Source of the DNA: an uncultured Gemmatimonadales bacterium
GTDB taxonomy: Bacteria > Gemmatimonadota > Gemmatimonadetes > Longimicrobiales > RSA9
Assembly: GCA_963741945.1 (NCBI GenBank)
Contig: CAVUKA010000001.1
Span: 576,001-640,000 of the forward strand
DNA: 64,000 nt
Reading direction: 5' to 3'
Position numbers and translations under genes: made by a program. The number at the start of each line of letters is the position of its first letter. Position 1 is the stretch's first letter. Below are positions 1-9,786 of this stretch, piece by piece. A model generated the notes under the pieces. It saw only the letters and a program-made list of their open reading frames with translations, was not told the DNA's origin and did not search any database.

Positions 1-112
1 GATTGCGGACCTCGGACAGCGTGGTGGTCAGCAACAGGATCCTCGGCCGGTCCTGCGAGCGCCGCGCCTCGTTCAGGTCGGCACGCAGCCGCTCCTTCAA
101 TGTGCCATCCAT
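1..112 (-). CDS. GatB/YqeY domain protein (5' part only; runs off the window)
   Basis: Manual translation from ATG at 112 gives MDGTLKERLRADLNEARRSQDRPRILLLTTTLSEVRN, a typical YqeY N-terminus; GAGAGGAG RBS upstream. Not in the ORF track. Confidence 0.8.
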   Translation of the reverse strand, partial: MDGTLKERLRADLNEARRSQDRPRILLLTTTLSEVRN

Positions 113-206
113 TCTGTCCCACTCCTCTCGGTGCTCGACGCGTCCAGCCATTCCAGCGCCCCGGGCTCCCCTTCATCATGGGAGCCCCGGCACCCGGAGG
201 GCCACC

Positions 207-872
207 ATGAACGATTCCCTGCTCGACGACGCCGCCCGCGAGATCTTCGCGGCGCCCCACCCCGCCACGCCGCTACCGGACCTCGCTCGCCGCCTCGGCC
301 GCACCGGCCGGGCCGAGATGACCGACCTCGAGCAGCGGCTCCGCGGCGATCCGCGCTTCCTCGTGCTCGCTCCGCCTCCCCTCCTCCAGCTCGACGGCGA
401 GAACCGGCGGGTCTACGACGCGGCGCTGGAGGCCGCCGGGTTCCGGTCGGCCGCGCTGATCGTCGCCGCGCCCGACGCGGCCTACCAGCTCGACGACACC
501 CGCCCTCGTGCAGCGGCTCGCGACGGCACCGGTCACGATGCCGCGGCTCGTGGCGGCGCCGCCCCGGCCGACATCCCCGCGCTCCTGCGCACCACCATCC
601 GGGACGTGCTTGCGGCTCACCCGTCCTTCGGCCTGGCCGCGGCCGGAGCGCGCAGCTACGGCGCGCTGGCGCCGGCCATCACTGCGCTGCCTTCAGCAGC
701 GCCGACCACCACTCCCCCTCCACGTCTTCCCGGACCACGTCCAGCGCCGCTTCCGCCGCGGCCGCGCGGACACCGGCCGCCTCGGACTCCAGGATCCCGG
801 CCAGAATCAGCCGGCCGCCCGGCGCCAGTGCATCCCGGAACGACGGCAGGAGGGGGACGAGGACCCCGCTGA
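207..872 (+). CDS. Hypothetical protein whose Pro-rich tail overlaps the prmA 3' end convergently
   Basis: GGAGG RBS at 196-200 and ATG at 207 (MNDSLLDDAAREIF...); protein-like N-terminal half fills the gap between yqeY and prmA. Confidence 0.55.
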   Translation: MNDSLLDDAAREIFAAPHPATPLPDLARRLGRTGRAEMTDLEQRLRGDPRFLVLAPPPLLQLDGENRRVYDAALEAAGFRSAALIVAAPDAAYQLDDTRPRAAARDGTGHDAAARGGAAPADIPALLRTTIRDVLAAHPSFGLAAAGARSYGALAPAITALPSAAPTTTPPPRLPGPRPAPLPPRPRGHRPPRTPGSRPESAGRPAPVHPGTTAGGGRGPR

Positions 873-1545
873 GCACGTTCGCGGCGATGACGTGGAAGCC
901 GTCGCCCCGATGCGCAGCCAGGTAGGCGTCGTCCACCGCCGCGTGCACCAGGTCGATGTCGCCGGCCACGCCGTTGCGCTCCAGGTTCTCCTGGGCCGTT
1001 CCCAGCGAGCCCGCATCGGATTCCACGGCGAGCACCCGCTGCGCGCCCAGGCGGACGGCGGCGATGGAGAGGATGCCCGTGCCTGCGCCCACGTCCAGCA
1101 CGCGGTCTCCGGCAGCCACGGCGCTCTCCAGCAGGCGCAGCGCTCCCCGGGTGCTGGCGTGCTCCCCCGTCCCGAAGGCCGACGCGGGGTCGACCACGAT
1201 GACGATGCCCGCTCCTTCCGCGGCCACGGGGTTCCACGGCTGCGTCACGGTGATCCGGTCGCCCACGCGGCGCGGGGCGAGCCCCTCCTTCCAGCGCCGG
1301 CTCCAGTCCTCGTCGTCCTGCCAGCGCCAGAGCATCTCCAGCTCGGTCCCCGCAAGGGCGCGGACGTGATCCGCGGCGCCGGAAAGGAACCCGTCCACAT
1401 CCTCGGGCTCCGGGACGTAGGTGGTGAGGAGGTCCAGCTCCTGCTCCACCGCGCTTCCCCCCAATGCGACGAGCCCCCCGGCGAGCTCGTCCACCAGCTC
1501 CACCGAAGGGACCCGAACGGTCAGGACCAGCCAGCGGTCCGGCAT
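679..1545 (-). CDS. prmA: Ribosomal protein L11 methyltransferase
   Basis: DPASAFGTGEHAST, VLDVGAGTGIL and IAANVL motifs; directly follows dnaJ. Confidence 0.95.
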   Translation of the reverse strand: MPDRWLVLTVRVPSVELVDELAGGLVALGGSAVEQELDLLTTYVPEPEDVDGFLSGAADHVRALAGTELEMLWRWQDDEDWSRRWKEGLAPRRVGDRITVTQPWNPVAAEGAGIVIVVDPASAFGTGEHASTRGALRLLESAVAAGDRVLDVGAGTGILSIAAVRLGAQRVLAVESDAGSLGTAQENLERNGVAGDIDLVHAAVDDAYLAAHRGDGFHVIAANVLSGVLVPLLPSFRDALAPGGRLILAGILESEAAGVRAAAAEAALDVVREDVEGEWWSALLKAAQ

Positions 1546-2702
1546 CAGGCAGTGAACGCCTGGCGCACCCGGCTCCAGAACCCGCCCGCCTCCCCCGGCT
1601 TCTCGACCGATTCGGGGGCCGCGGACTCCACGCTCCGAAGCTCACGGATGAGCTTCTCCTCCTCCGCTCCCGGGTCCTTCGGGATCCAGACCACGATCCG
1701 CACCAGCAGGTCTCCATGCCCGGCCGCCTGCAGCCGCGGCAGTCCCTCGCCACGTACCCGGATCATGGTGCCGGACTGGGTGCCCCCGGGAATGTGGATC
1801 TCCGTGGACCCCAGCACCGTGGGCACTTCCACGCGGTCTCCCAGCACGGCCTGCGCATACGTCACCGGGAGCTCGTAGTACAGGTCCGCGCCCTCCCGAG
1901 CGAAACGGTGGTCCTCCTCCACCTCGATCACCACGTAGACATCGCCCCGGGGGCCATTCCGCCGGCCCGCGCTCCCCTTCCCGCGCAGCGTGATGTAGTC
2001 GCCGCTGGAGACGCCCGCAGGAACGTCCACTTCGAGCGTGGTCTCGCCCCGGCTCACGCCCTGACCGCCGCACGCCCCGCACGGCTGCTCCACCACACGC
2101 CCCTCGCCGCCACACGTGGGACACGGCGTCACGCTCATGAGCTGCCCGAGCATGGACCGCTGGACCCGGCGCACTTCGCCGGCGCCGCCACACGTCTGGC
2201 AGGTCACCGGCTCGGCCCCGCCCTCGGCGCCCGTGCCGCCGCACACCTCGCACGCGTCCAGGACCTGGACCTTCAGCGTCTTCTTCACGCCCTCGGCCAC
2301 GTCCGCCAGCGTGATCGGCAGCCGGATGCGGGCGTCCGGGCCCTTCTGCGGGCCGCCACGGCGGCCGCTGCGGCGCCCACCGCCGAACAGGTCCTCCAGC
2401 CCGAACGCGCCGAAGTCCCGCATGAAGACGTTCAGCGCGTCGGCGAAGTCGAAGCCGGTGAAGCCAGCGCCGCCACCACCACCCTTCAGCCCCGCGTGGC
2501 CGAAGCGGTCATACGTGGCCCGCTTCTGCGCGTCGCGCAGGACCTCGTAGGCCTCGGTGGCCTCCTTGAACTTCTCTTCCGCCTCTTTCTCCCCGCCGTT
2601 GCGGTCGGGGTGGTACTTCAGGGCGAGCTTCCGGTACGCCTTCTTGATGGCATCCCCGTCGGCACCCCGGTCCACTCCCAGAATCTCGTAGTAGTCTCGC
2701 AT
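1545..2702 (-). CDS. dnaJ: Chaperone DnaJ
   Basis: J domain with HPD, G/F region, four CxxCxGxG zinc-finger repeats. Confidence 0.98.
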   Translation of the reverse strand: MRDYYEILGVDRGADGDAIKKAYRKLALKYHPDRNGGEKEAEEKFKEATEAYEVLRDAQKRATYDRFGHAGLKGGGGGAGFTGFDFADALNVFMRDFGAFGLEDLFGGGRRSGRRGGPQKGPDARIRLPITLADVAEGVKKTLKVQVLDACEVCGGTGAEGGAEPVTCQTCGGAGEVRRVQRSMLGQLMSVTPCPTCGGEGRVVEQPCGACGGQGVSRGETTLEVDVPAGVSSGDYITLRGKGSAGRRNGPRGDVYVVIEVEEDHRFAREGADLYYELPVTYAQAVLGDRVEVPTVLGSTEIHIPGGTQSGTMIRVRGEGLPRLQAAGHGDLLVRIVVWIPKDPGAEEEKLIRELRSVESAAPESVEKPGEAGGFWSRVRQAFTA

Positions 2703-2712
2703 CCCGTTGCGT

Positions 2713-3789
2713 TCAGTTCGTCATGTCCGGCGGATCCCGGTCCACCGCCGGGCTGTACAGCTCCGAAACGATCCGGCTCGTGTTGTCCACGATGGTGACC
2801 ACCTTGTCATACGGCATCCGCGTCGGGCCGATCACTCCGATCACCCCGATCAGCTCGCCCACCTGGTACTCGCAGGTCACCAGGGTGAACCCGCTCAACT
2901 CCGGCAGCTGGTTCTCCGTGCCGATGCTGATCTGCAGCCGCCGCTCGTGGTCCCGCGACGCCAGCACCCGGCCCAGAAGGTCCCGCTGCTCCGTCAGTTG
3001 AATCAGCTCCCGCAGCTCCCGCCCCGACTCGAACTCCGGCTGGCTCGCCAGCACGCTCGTGTAACCGAGGTGCACTTCCTCGCCCGACAGGTCGAAGAAC
3101 TCCTCCCCGGACTGCAGGAAGATGTTCAGCAGCTCCGTCGCCGGAGCGTCCGCCGCGGGCGCCGCATCGCGCAGGCGGTCGGGCAGCGTGGCGCGGATGG
3201 CCGCCATCGTCTGGCCGGCCAGCCGCTCGTTCAGCACCACGGTCAGTGACAGCAGCGTCTCCCGCGGCACCGACAGCGGCAGGTCCACGTACACCGTTCG
3301 CACGATGCCGTTTCGCAGCGTCAGGACCAGGAGCACCTTCTCGGCCGACAGCGCCACCAGCTCCAGCCGCTCCAGCACCACTTCGTCGACGGAGGGCGCG
3401 ATGGCCAGACCCAGCTCGCCGGTCAGCAGCCCCATGACCTGCGTGGCGCGGCGCACGAGCCGCTCCAGCGGCCCCAGCACTCCACCCTCCAGCTCCTCGC
3501 GGAGCTTCCGTGTCTGGGCGGGGCTGAACCGCTTCGGCCGCATCAGCGTGTCCACGTAGAAGCGGTACGCCTGGTCCGTGGGGATCCGGCCGGCCGACGT
3601 GTGGGGGTGGAACAGGAATCCCTTGTCCTCCAGGTCGGCCATGGTGTTGCGCACCGTGGCCGGCGAGATGCCCAGATGGAAGCGCTTGGCTACCGTCCGG
3701 CTCCCCGCCGGCTCGGCCGTCTCCACGTACGTCCGGATGACTGCATCCAGGACGCGCTGTTCCCGTTCAGTGAGCGCTGCTCCACTCAT
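2713..3789 (-). CDS. hrcA: Heat-inducible transcription repressor
   Basis: [13 protein letters not shown]...[10 protein letters not shown] and [11 protein letters not shown] motifs. Confidence 0.97.
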   Translation of the reverse strand: MSGAALTEREQRVLDAVIRTYVETAEPAGSRTVAKRFHLGISPATVRNTMADLEDKGFLFHPHTSAGRIPTDQAYRFYVDTLMRPKRFSPAQTRKLREELEGGVLGPLERLVRRATQVMGLLTGELGLAIAPSVDEVVLERLELVALSAEKVLLVLTLRNGIVRTVYVDLPLSVPRETLLSLTVVLNERLAGQTMAAIRATLPDRLRDAAPAADAPATELLNIFLQSGEEFFDLSGEEVHLGYTSVLASQPEFESGRELRELIQLTEQRDLLGRVLASRDHERRLQISIGTENQLPELSGFTLVTCEYQVGELIGVIGVIGPTRMPYDKVVTIVDNTSRIVSELYSPAVDRDPPDMTN

Positions 3790-3828
3790 CGCCAGATCGT
3801 TTGGATCATTGGATCGTCACCGCCCCCT

Positions 3829-3857
3829 ACTATGACGCCACCGACGTCCGATCTCAA
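3829..3857 (-). promoter_or_regulatory. Putative sigma70-type promoter for hrcA-dnaJ-prmA
   Basis: Minus strand TTGAGA-N17-CATAGT, 40 nt upstream of the hrcA start. Confidence 0.5.
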
Positions 3858-3875
3858 GCGACGTGCCCCCGCGGC

Positions 3876-5006
3876 TCATGCGGCCACCCCGTCCAGCTCC
3901 ACCGCGAGCCGGTCCAGCAGCAGCCATCCCTGCACCGTCAGCCGCACCCTTCCGTCGCTCCGCTCCGCCCAGCCGCGCGCCTCCCACTCCGCCACGCGCG
4001 CGGACTGGTCCGTGCCCAGAGCCTCGGCCGCGAGCCCCTCACGCGTCCGGAGCCCCAGCCAGATCGATTCCAGCCGCGCCTCCGCCGGTCCGATGGCCTC
4101 CTCGCCCGCCATGGGCGACCGCCCTTCAGCCACCGCCTGTCGGTACGCGTTCCAGTCCCTCTGGTTCCACCAGCGCCGCGCGCCCACGAAAGAGTGCGCG
4201 CCATTGCCCAGCCCCAGGTATGCCGAGCCGCGCCAGTACGCGGAATTGTGGCGCGACCACCGCCCCGGCCGCGCGAAATTCGACACCTCGTAGTGCTCGT
4301 ACCCGGCCGCGCTGATCCGCCGGGCCACGTCCAGGTACTCGTCCCCGTACCGGTCCGGGTCGGGCGCGCTCTCGCGCCCCTCCCGCACCCACCGACCCAG
4401 CGGGGTGGTGGGCTCCACGGTCAGGCCGTACACGGAGATGTGCTCCGGCTCCAGGGCGAGGATCGCATCGATGTCCGCGCCGAGATCGCGACCCAGGCGT
4501 TCCGGCAACCCGAAGATCAGGTCCAGCCCGATGTTCTCCACCCCCGCGTCCCGGGCAACACGGACCGCGCGGCCGGGGCCGTCCGGTCCGTGCAGCCGCC
4601 CCATCCACCGCAGCGTCGGCCCGTGGAACGTCTGCGCCCCGAAGCTCACCCGGTTCACCCCGGCGGCCACCCAGTCCCGGGCCAGCCCGGGCGTGAAGCT
4701 TTCCGGGTTCGCTTCGGCCGTGACTTCCGCCCCCGGCTCGAGCACGACGCGCTCGCCCACTCCGTCCAGCAGCCGCCCGAACCCGCCTTCTCCCAGCAGC
4801 GACGGCGTTCCGCCCCCGAGATAGAGCGTGCGCAGGCGCAGCGGATCGGCCCAGCCGCGGGCGGCCGCGACCAGGGCCAGCTCCGCGGAGATCGCTTCCG
4901 CCCATGCGGAGACCGGCGGCTTCCTCGCCACGGTCACGGCGAAGTCGCAGTAGCTGCACCGACGGGCGCAGAACGGAGCGTGGACGTAGAGGTATTCCGG
5001 TGTCAC
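3876..5006 (-). CDS. hemW: Radical SAM heme chaperone (HemN-like)
   Basis: LYVHAPFCARRCSYCDF, YLGGGTPS, HYEVSNFA and HNSAYW motifs; conserved position upstream of hrcA. Confidence 0.93.
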   Translation of the reverse strand: MTPEYLYVHAPFCARRCSYCDFAVTVARKPPVSAWAEAISAELALVAAARGWADPLRLRTLYLGGGTPSLLGEGGFGRLLDGVGERVVLEPGAEVTAEANPESFTPGLARDWVAAGVNRVSFGAQTFHGPTLRWMGRLHGPDGPGRAVRVARDAGVENIGLDLIFGLPERLGRDLGADIDAILALEPEHISVYGLTVEPTTPLGRWVREGRESAPDPDRYGDEYLDVARRISAAGYEHYEVSNFARPGRWSRHNSAYWRGSAYLGLGNGAHSFVGARRWWNQRDWNAYRQAVAEGRSPMAGEEAIGPAEARLESIWLGLRTREGLAAEALGTDQSARVAEWEARGWAERSDGRVRLTVQGWLLLDRLAVELDGVAA

Positions 5007-5037
5007 GACACTGGATACCCGCGGCCCGGCCGGCGGT

Positions 5038-6204
5038 TCAGGCGCGGGTGAAGCGGAGCCCGGGGAGCTGTCGCGCGTGCCCCTGGATCTCGAGCGCCAG
5101 AAGCGAAGCCAGTCCCTGCCCCACCTCCAGCCCCAGCTCGGCGGTCAGCTCGTCCACGTGTCGCGGCCCGGACGCCATTCTCCGCCAGAGCGCGAGCCCC
5201 AGCCCGGAGAGACCCGGCGGCGCCACGTCCACGTCCGCGCCCGGCGGAGGGAGCGGAAGGCCCAGAAGCGAGAGCACCTCGGCGGCGCTCGTCACGAGCT
5301 TCACGCCATCGCGGATCAGCGCGTTCGTGCCCTCGCTGGCGCGGCTGTCCACCGCTCCGGGCACCGCGTAGACCTCGCGCCCCAGGTTCGCGGCGATCCC
5401 GACCGTGATGAGCGCGCCACTGCTCGCGGGCGCTTCCACCACGACCACGCCCCGGGCCAGCGCGGCCAGGATGCGGTTCCGGCGGGGAAAATTGTGGGCG
5501 GCCGCCGGGGTGCCCGGCAGCTGCTCGGAGAGGAGAAGGCCCTCACGGGCGATCGCCTGCTGGAGATCGGCGTTCTCCCGGGGATACGCCACGTCCAGCC
5601 CCGACCCCACGACCCCCACCGTCCGCGCGGGTCCGGCCGCACGGTGCGCCGCCCCGTCGATGCCGCGGGCCAGCCCGCTGATCACGCACACGCCCGACGC
5701 AGCGATCCCCGTCGCGATCCGCGCGGCCGCTTCCAGCCCCGTCCTCGTACACGAGCGCGTCCCCACGATGGCCACCAGGGGGCCGTCCAGCAGCTCGAGC
5801 CGCCCCAGCGCGAACAGGGGGTAGGGCGGCGCATCGAGCTCGACGAGCGCCCGCGGATACTCGGGCATTCGCGGCGTGAGGACGTGCATGCCCAGCGCCC
5901 GGATCGCACCCAGGGAGCGGGCCGCCCACCCCGCCGCGCGCGCCCGCTCCCCCGGCGTGGTCCGGCGCCGCACGTCCGCCGCCAGGCGCTCGAACACTGC
6001 CGCGCGCTCCGCGTCCGTGGCGCCTCGGGCGGCCTCCAGCGACGCAGTGATCTGCGCCGCCGCTGCGGCCCGCGCCTTCCGGTCGCCCGGCACCTCCTTC
6101 GACCACGCCCGCAACCGGCCGCTCCCCACCCCCGTGAGCGCCAGCGCTTCCAGGAGCGCCCGGAGCTCCAGCTCCCCCGGACGCACGGGCCTCAGGGCCG
6201 CCAC
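5038..6204 (-). CDS. dprA: DNA-processing protein DprA
   Basis: [42 protein letters not shown] motifs; GTG start at 6204 is inferred. Confidence 0.92.
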   Translation of the reverse strand: MAALRPVRPGELELRALLEALALTGVGSGRLRAWSKEVPGDRKARAAAAAQITASLEAARGATDAERAAVFERLAADVRRRTTPGERARAAGWAARSLGAIRALGMHVLTPRMPEYPRALVELDAPPYPLFALGRLELLDGPLVAIVGTRSCTRTGLEAAARIATGIAASGVCVISGLARGIDGAAHRAAGPARTVGVVGSGLDVAYPRENADLQQAIAREGLLLSEQLPGTPAAAHNFPRRNRILAALARGVVVVEAPASSGALITVGIAANLGREVYAVPGAVDSRASEGTNALIRDGVKLVTSAAEVLSLLGLPLPPPGADVDVAPPGLSGLGLALWRRMASGPRHVDELTAELGLEVGQGLASLLALEIQGHARQLPGLRFTRA

Positions 6205-7220
6205 GGCTCCGGCTCGTCCTCCGCCGCACCCTCCACGCGTGAGCGGAGCTGCCGCCATACGCCTTCCTTCCACTCGTCCACGCCCTCGCCCGTCACGGCC
6301 GAAACCACGTAGCCGCCCCACATCCCTTCGGGCACCACCACCTCCGGCCGCTGGTCGGGGCCGAGCAGGTCCGCCTTGGTCAGCACCATGCACGCCGGCT
6401 TCTCCGCCAGCGTCTCCGAGTACGCGGCCAGTTCGGCCCGGAGCGTCGCCAGCTCCTCGGCGGGATCCTCGCTGTCGGCGGGGACGAGGAACGCCAGGCA
6501 ACGCGTCCGCTCGATGTGGCGGAGGAACTGCAGCCCGAGCCCCTTCCCTTCGTGCGCCCCTTCGATGATGCCGGGGATGTCCGCCAGCACGAACGAGCGG
6601 CCGGCACCCGGCAGCTCCACCACGCCGAGGTTGGGCTGCAGCGTGGTGAACGGGTAATCGGCCACTTTCGGACGCGCCGCCGACACGCGCGACAGGAGCG
6701 TGGACTTCCCTGCGTTCGGCAAGCCCACCAGTCCCACATCGGCAATGAGCTTCAGCTCCAGCCGGATCCGCCGCTCCTCACCCGGCTCCCCGGGCTCCCA
6801 CTCCCGCGGGGCCCGGTTCGTGGGCGACGCGAACGCCGCGTTCCCCCGGCCGCCCCGACCGCCGCGGGCCACGACCAGCTCGTCACCATCCTCCAGCAGC
6901 TCGCCCAGCCGCTCGTCGGTGTCGGCATCCGTGACGTACGTGCCCGGCGGGACGCGAAGGTAGAGGTCCTCGCCGCTCCGCCCCGTCCGGTTCTTGCCCT
7001 GGCCGTGCTGCCCCCGGTCCGCCTTGTGGTGCTCCCGGTAGCGGTAGTCCAGCAGTGTGCTCAGCTGCGCGTCCGCGCGCAGGATCACGTCGCCGCCGTG
7101 GCCGCCATCGCCGCCCGACGGCCCGCCACGGGGCACGAACGTTTCCCGCCGGAACGCTTCCGCACCGGCGCCGCCGGGGCCGCCATAGACATGGATCGTG
7201 ACCTGATCGACGAACAGCAC
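6192..7220 (-). CDS. obgE: GTPase Obg/CgtA
   Basis: Gly-rich Obg fold, [19 protein letters not shown] and TKAD motifs. Confidence 0.97.
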   Translation of the reverse strand: MLFVDQVTIHVYGGPGGAGAEAFRRETFVPRGGPSGGDGGHGGDVILRADAQLSTLLDYRYREHHKADRGQHGQGKNRTGRSGEDLYLRVPPGTYVTDADTDERLGELLEDGDELVVARGGRGGRGNAAFASPTNRAPREWEPGEPGEERRIRLELKLIADVGLVGLPNAGKSTLLSRVSAARPKVADYPFTTLQPNLGVVELPGAGRSFVLADIPGIIEGAHEGKGLGLQFLRHIERTRCLAFLVPADSEDPAEELATLRAELAAYSETLAEKPACMVLTKADLLGPDQRPEVVVPEGMWGGYVVSAVTGEGVDEWKEGVWRQLRSRVEGAAEDEPEPWRP

Positions 7221-7832
7221 TCACTCCTCCTGCATTCGGTTCCAGCGTGCGTACACGCGTTCCCACACCCGCACCGCCTCCCGCGCCCGCTCGTCGCCAA
7301 TGATGTCGGCGATAGCGTCCAGCGCGGCTTCCAGCTCCGCGGGCGGCACGCCCACGTTCAGGCACCCGCGCAGATGCGAATGCAGCTGACGCCGGGCCTC
7401 CGTCCCGCTGAGCAGCATGGCGATGCACAGCTCCCGGACCCGCAGCTCGAGCCCCGGCCGGCCCAGCACCTTGCCGTATCCCTCCGCGACCGCCCACCGG
7501 TCCAGGTCCGGGTGGACGCCCGCCATGACTTCGCGCAGCGCTTCGTACTGGTGGCCGTAGACCGCCCGGCACACGCGCTCGCCCCGCGCTTCCCACTCCC
7601 CCGGCGCCGCCGCCGGCGTCGGCGCGGGCGGCGGACGACCGGTACGGCGTCGCCACAATCCCAGCGCGTTCAGCGCCGCGGGGTAGCCGAGGAAGAGGTA
7701 GCTCTGAAGCAGCACTTCCTCAGCCGCGCTCCCGTCGACCCGGTGCGCCGCGTCCATCGCCTCGGCCTGTGCCACCTCCGATGACGTCAGCGACGCCGCG
7801 AGCCGGGCCAGCACCCGGGTGCGCTCATCCAT
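7221..7832 (-). CDS. Carboxymuconolactone decarboxylase/AhpD-like family protein
   Basis: EEVLLQSYLFLGYPAALNAL, YGKVLGRPGL..RVREL and QLHSHLRGCLNVG; start inferred at MDERT. Confidence 0.8.
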   Translation of the reverse strand: MDERTRVLARLAASLTSSEVAQAEAMDAAHRVDGSAAEEVLLQSYLFLGYPAALNALGLWRRRTGRPPPAPTPAAAPGEWEARGERVCRAVYGHQYEALREVMAGVHPDLDRWAVAEGYGKVLGRPGLELRVRELCIAMLLSGTEARRQLHSHLRGCLNVGVPPAELEAALDAIADIIGDERAREAVRVWERVYARWNRMQEE

Positions 7833-8820
7833 TTCCTCCTCCCATAGTGCTCCCGTCCGCTCCCTCCGGCCATGGCGCATCGGGTCCATCGCCTGCCCGC
7901 ATGCGTCGCCCCACCCCCAGCCCGATCCCTACCAGCACCAGCGCGCCGCCCACCACGAGCTGTGCGCTCGGCCGCTCGCCGATCCCCGGCAGCCACCACG
8001 CCAGCAGCGTGGCGCCGATCGGCTCTCCGAGCAGCGCCAGGTTCGCCACGTAGGCGCGCACGTAGCGCAGCGCGTAATTCGCCCCCGTATGCCCGATCAT
8101 CATGGGACCGGCCGCCAGCGCCAGAAACACGGCCCAGTCACGCGTCCGATAGCCCGTCACCTGAACGCCCGTGTGCGCCACGACAGCGGTCATCAGGACC
8201 AGCGCGGCCGCGCCGTAGACCACGCCGATGTAGCTCCACAGGTCCAGCCGCTGCCGCAGCCGCCGACCGATCACGTAGTACGCCGACACGAACACCGCGC
8301 CGGCCACCGCCAGCAGGTCCCCGGTCAGCGGCTCCGGCCCGCCGGCGAAGTCGCCCCAGCCGATCACGGCGGCGCCCGCCACCGCCACGGCGATCCCGAC
8401 CCACTGTCGCCTCACCGGCCGCTCGCCCAGGAAGAGCACGCTCAGCAGTGCCACGAACACCGGCTGTGTGTTCACGAGCACCACCGAGCTCGCCACCGTG
8501 GTGTAGCCGAGCGACGCGATCCAGCTCCAGAAGTGCGCGGCCAGCAGCACCCCCGCCGCGCCACCCGCCAGCCAGTCCCGCCACGCGAGGGCGCGGATGG
8601 CGCGACCCCGGTCGCGGACCAGCACCACCAGGGCGATGAAGAGAACGGAGAACGATACGCGCCACGCCGCTACCGCCAGCGGCGGTGCCGTGGTGTAACG
8701 AACCAGCGGACCACCCCAGCTCATGGCCAGCACGGCCACGAGCAGAACGAACCCGGGCGCGGGCGCCAGCCCTGCCCGGGTGCGTTCGGGTACGCCCGCG
8801 CCCGCCCACTTCTCGGTCAT
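7825..8820 (-). CDS. DMT/EamA family transporter
   Basis: About 10 TM helices; HFWSWIASLGYTTVASS and LGEPIGATLLA signatures. Confidence 0.88.
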   Translation of the reverse strand: MTEKWAGAGVPERTRAGLAPAPGFVLLVAVLAMSWGGPLVRYTTAPPLAVAAWRVSFSVLFIALVVLVRDRGRAIRALAWRDWLAGGAAGVLLAAHFWSWIASLGYTTVASSVVLVNTQPVFVALLSVLFLGERPVRRQWVGIAVAVAGAAVIGWGDFAGGPEPLTGDLLAVAGAVFVSAYYVIGRRLRQRLDLWSYIGVVYGAAALVLMTAVVAHTGVQVTGYRTRDWAVFLALAAGPMMIGHTGANYALRYVRAYVANLALLGEPIGATLLAWWLPGIGERPSAQLVVGGALVLVGIGLGVGRRMRAGDGPDAPWPEGADGSTMGGGNG

Positions 8821-8918
8821 GCGCCGCAATATACCCGGGCGACGTCACCCGGCCAACGAGCGGCGGGCAAATCCAGCCACACCCGCCGGCCCGGGGCGCA
8901 CCATCTCGGCTTTGCCCC

Positions 8919-9779
8919 TCAGGGCAGCCGCAGCAGCGCCGCCGCGCTCCGCACGGCCAGCTCACCGCCCACCACCAGGAAGACGAGCCCGAACACGATC
9001 CGCAGCGCGTTCGTCCCCAGCTTCTCGTTCACCACGGCGCCCGCCCCGACAGCCGCGACGGACCCCACCAGGATCGGAAGTGCGGCGCCCCAGTCCACGT
9101 ACCCCAGCGTGGCGGACGGGAGGGCCGCGGAGCCGACATCCGCCGTCGCGTACCCGACCACCCCCGCCGCCGCGGTGAAGAGGATCACCGCCATGGACGT
9201 GGCCGCCACGCGCGGAAGATCGAGGCGCATGAGGTAGACCAGCACGGGGATGGCGACGATCCCCCCGCCCACGCCCAGCAGCGCCGAGAGGACGCCCACG
9301 CCCACGCCACCCAGCGCGGCCAGCAGCGGCCGGGGCGGCCCGTCGCCCCCAGGAGCGCCGGCCCCGTCCGGAGCCGTCGGGGAGCGACGCAGCAGACGCA
9401 CGCCGGATACGAGGAGCACCGCGGCGAACGCGAGCTTGAGCGCCTCCTGGGGGAGCAGCGGCGCGACCCGGCTCGCGGCCAGCGCGGCGCCGATGGACAC
9501 GACGGCGATGGGGAGCGCCGCACTCCACGCCACGGCCCGCCTCCGCTGGTACGTCCACGTCCCCACGAGCGCGGTCGGCACGATGACGAGCAGGCTCGTG
9601 GCATGGGCCACGACGGCCTGGAGCTCCGGCGCCACGGCCGTGCCACTCCAGCCCGGGTGACCATAGACGAAATAGAGGAGGGGCACCGTGAGCACCCCTC
9701 CTCCGATTCCGACCAGCCCCGATACGAACCCGACCGCCAGTCCCGCGGCGGCCAGCGTCAGCCAGACCGGGAGGCTCAA
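8919..9779 (-). CDS. Sulfite exporter TauE/SafE family protein
   Basis: Duplicated GLVGIGGG..VP / ALLGVGGG..IP motifs followed by ATS; hydrophobic throughout. Confidence 0.88.
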   Translation of the reverse strand: MSLPVWLTLAAAGLAVGFVSGLVGIGGGVLTVPLLYFVYGHPGWSGTAVAPELQAVVAHATSLLVIVPTALVGTWTYQRRRAVAWSAALPIAVVSIGAALAASRVAPLLPQEALKLAFAAVLLVSGVRLLRRSPTAPDGAGAPGGDGPPRPLLAALGGVGVGVLSALLGVGGGIVAIPVLVYLMRLDLPRVAATSMAVILFTAAAGVVGYATADVGSAALPSATLGYVDWGAALPILVGSVAAVGAGAVVNEKLGTNALRIVFGLVFLVVGGELAVRSAAALLRLP

Positions 9780-9786
9780 GGCCGCG

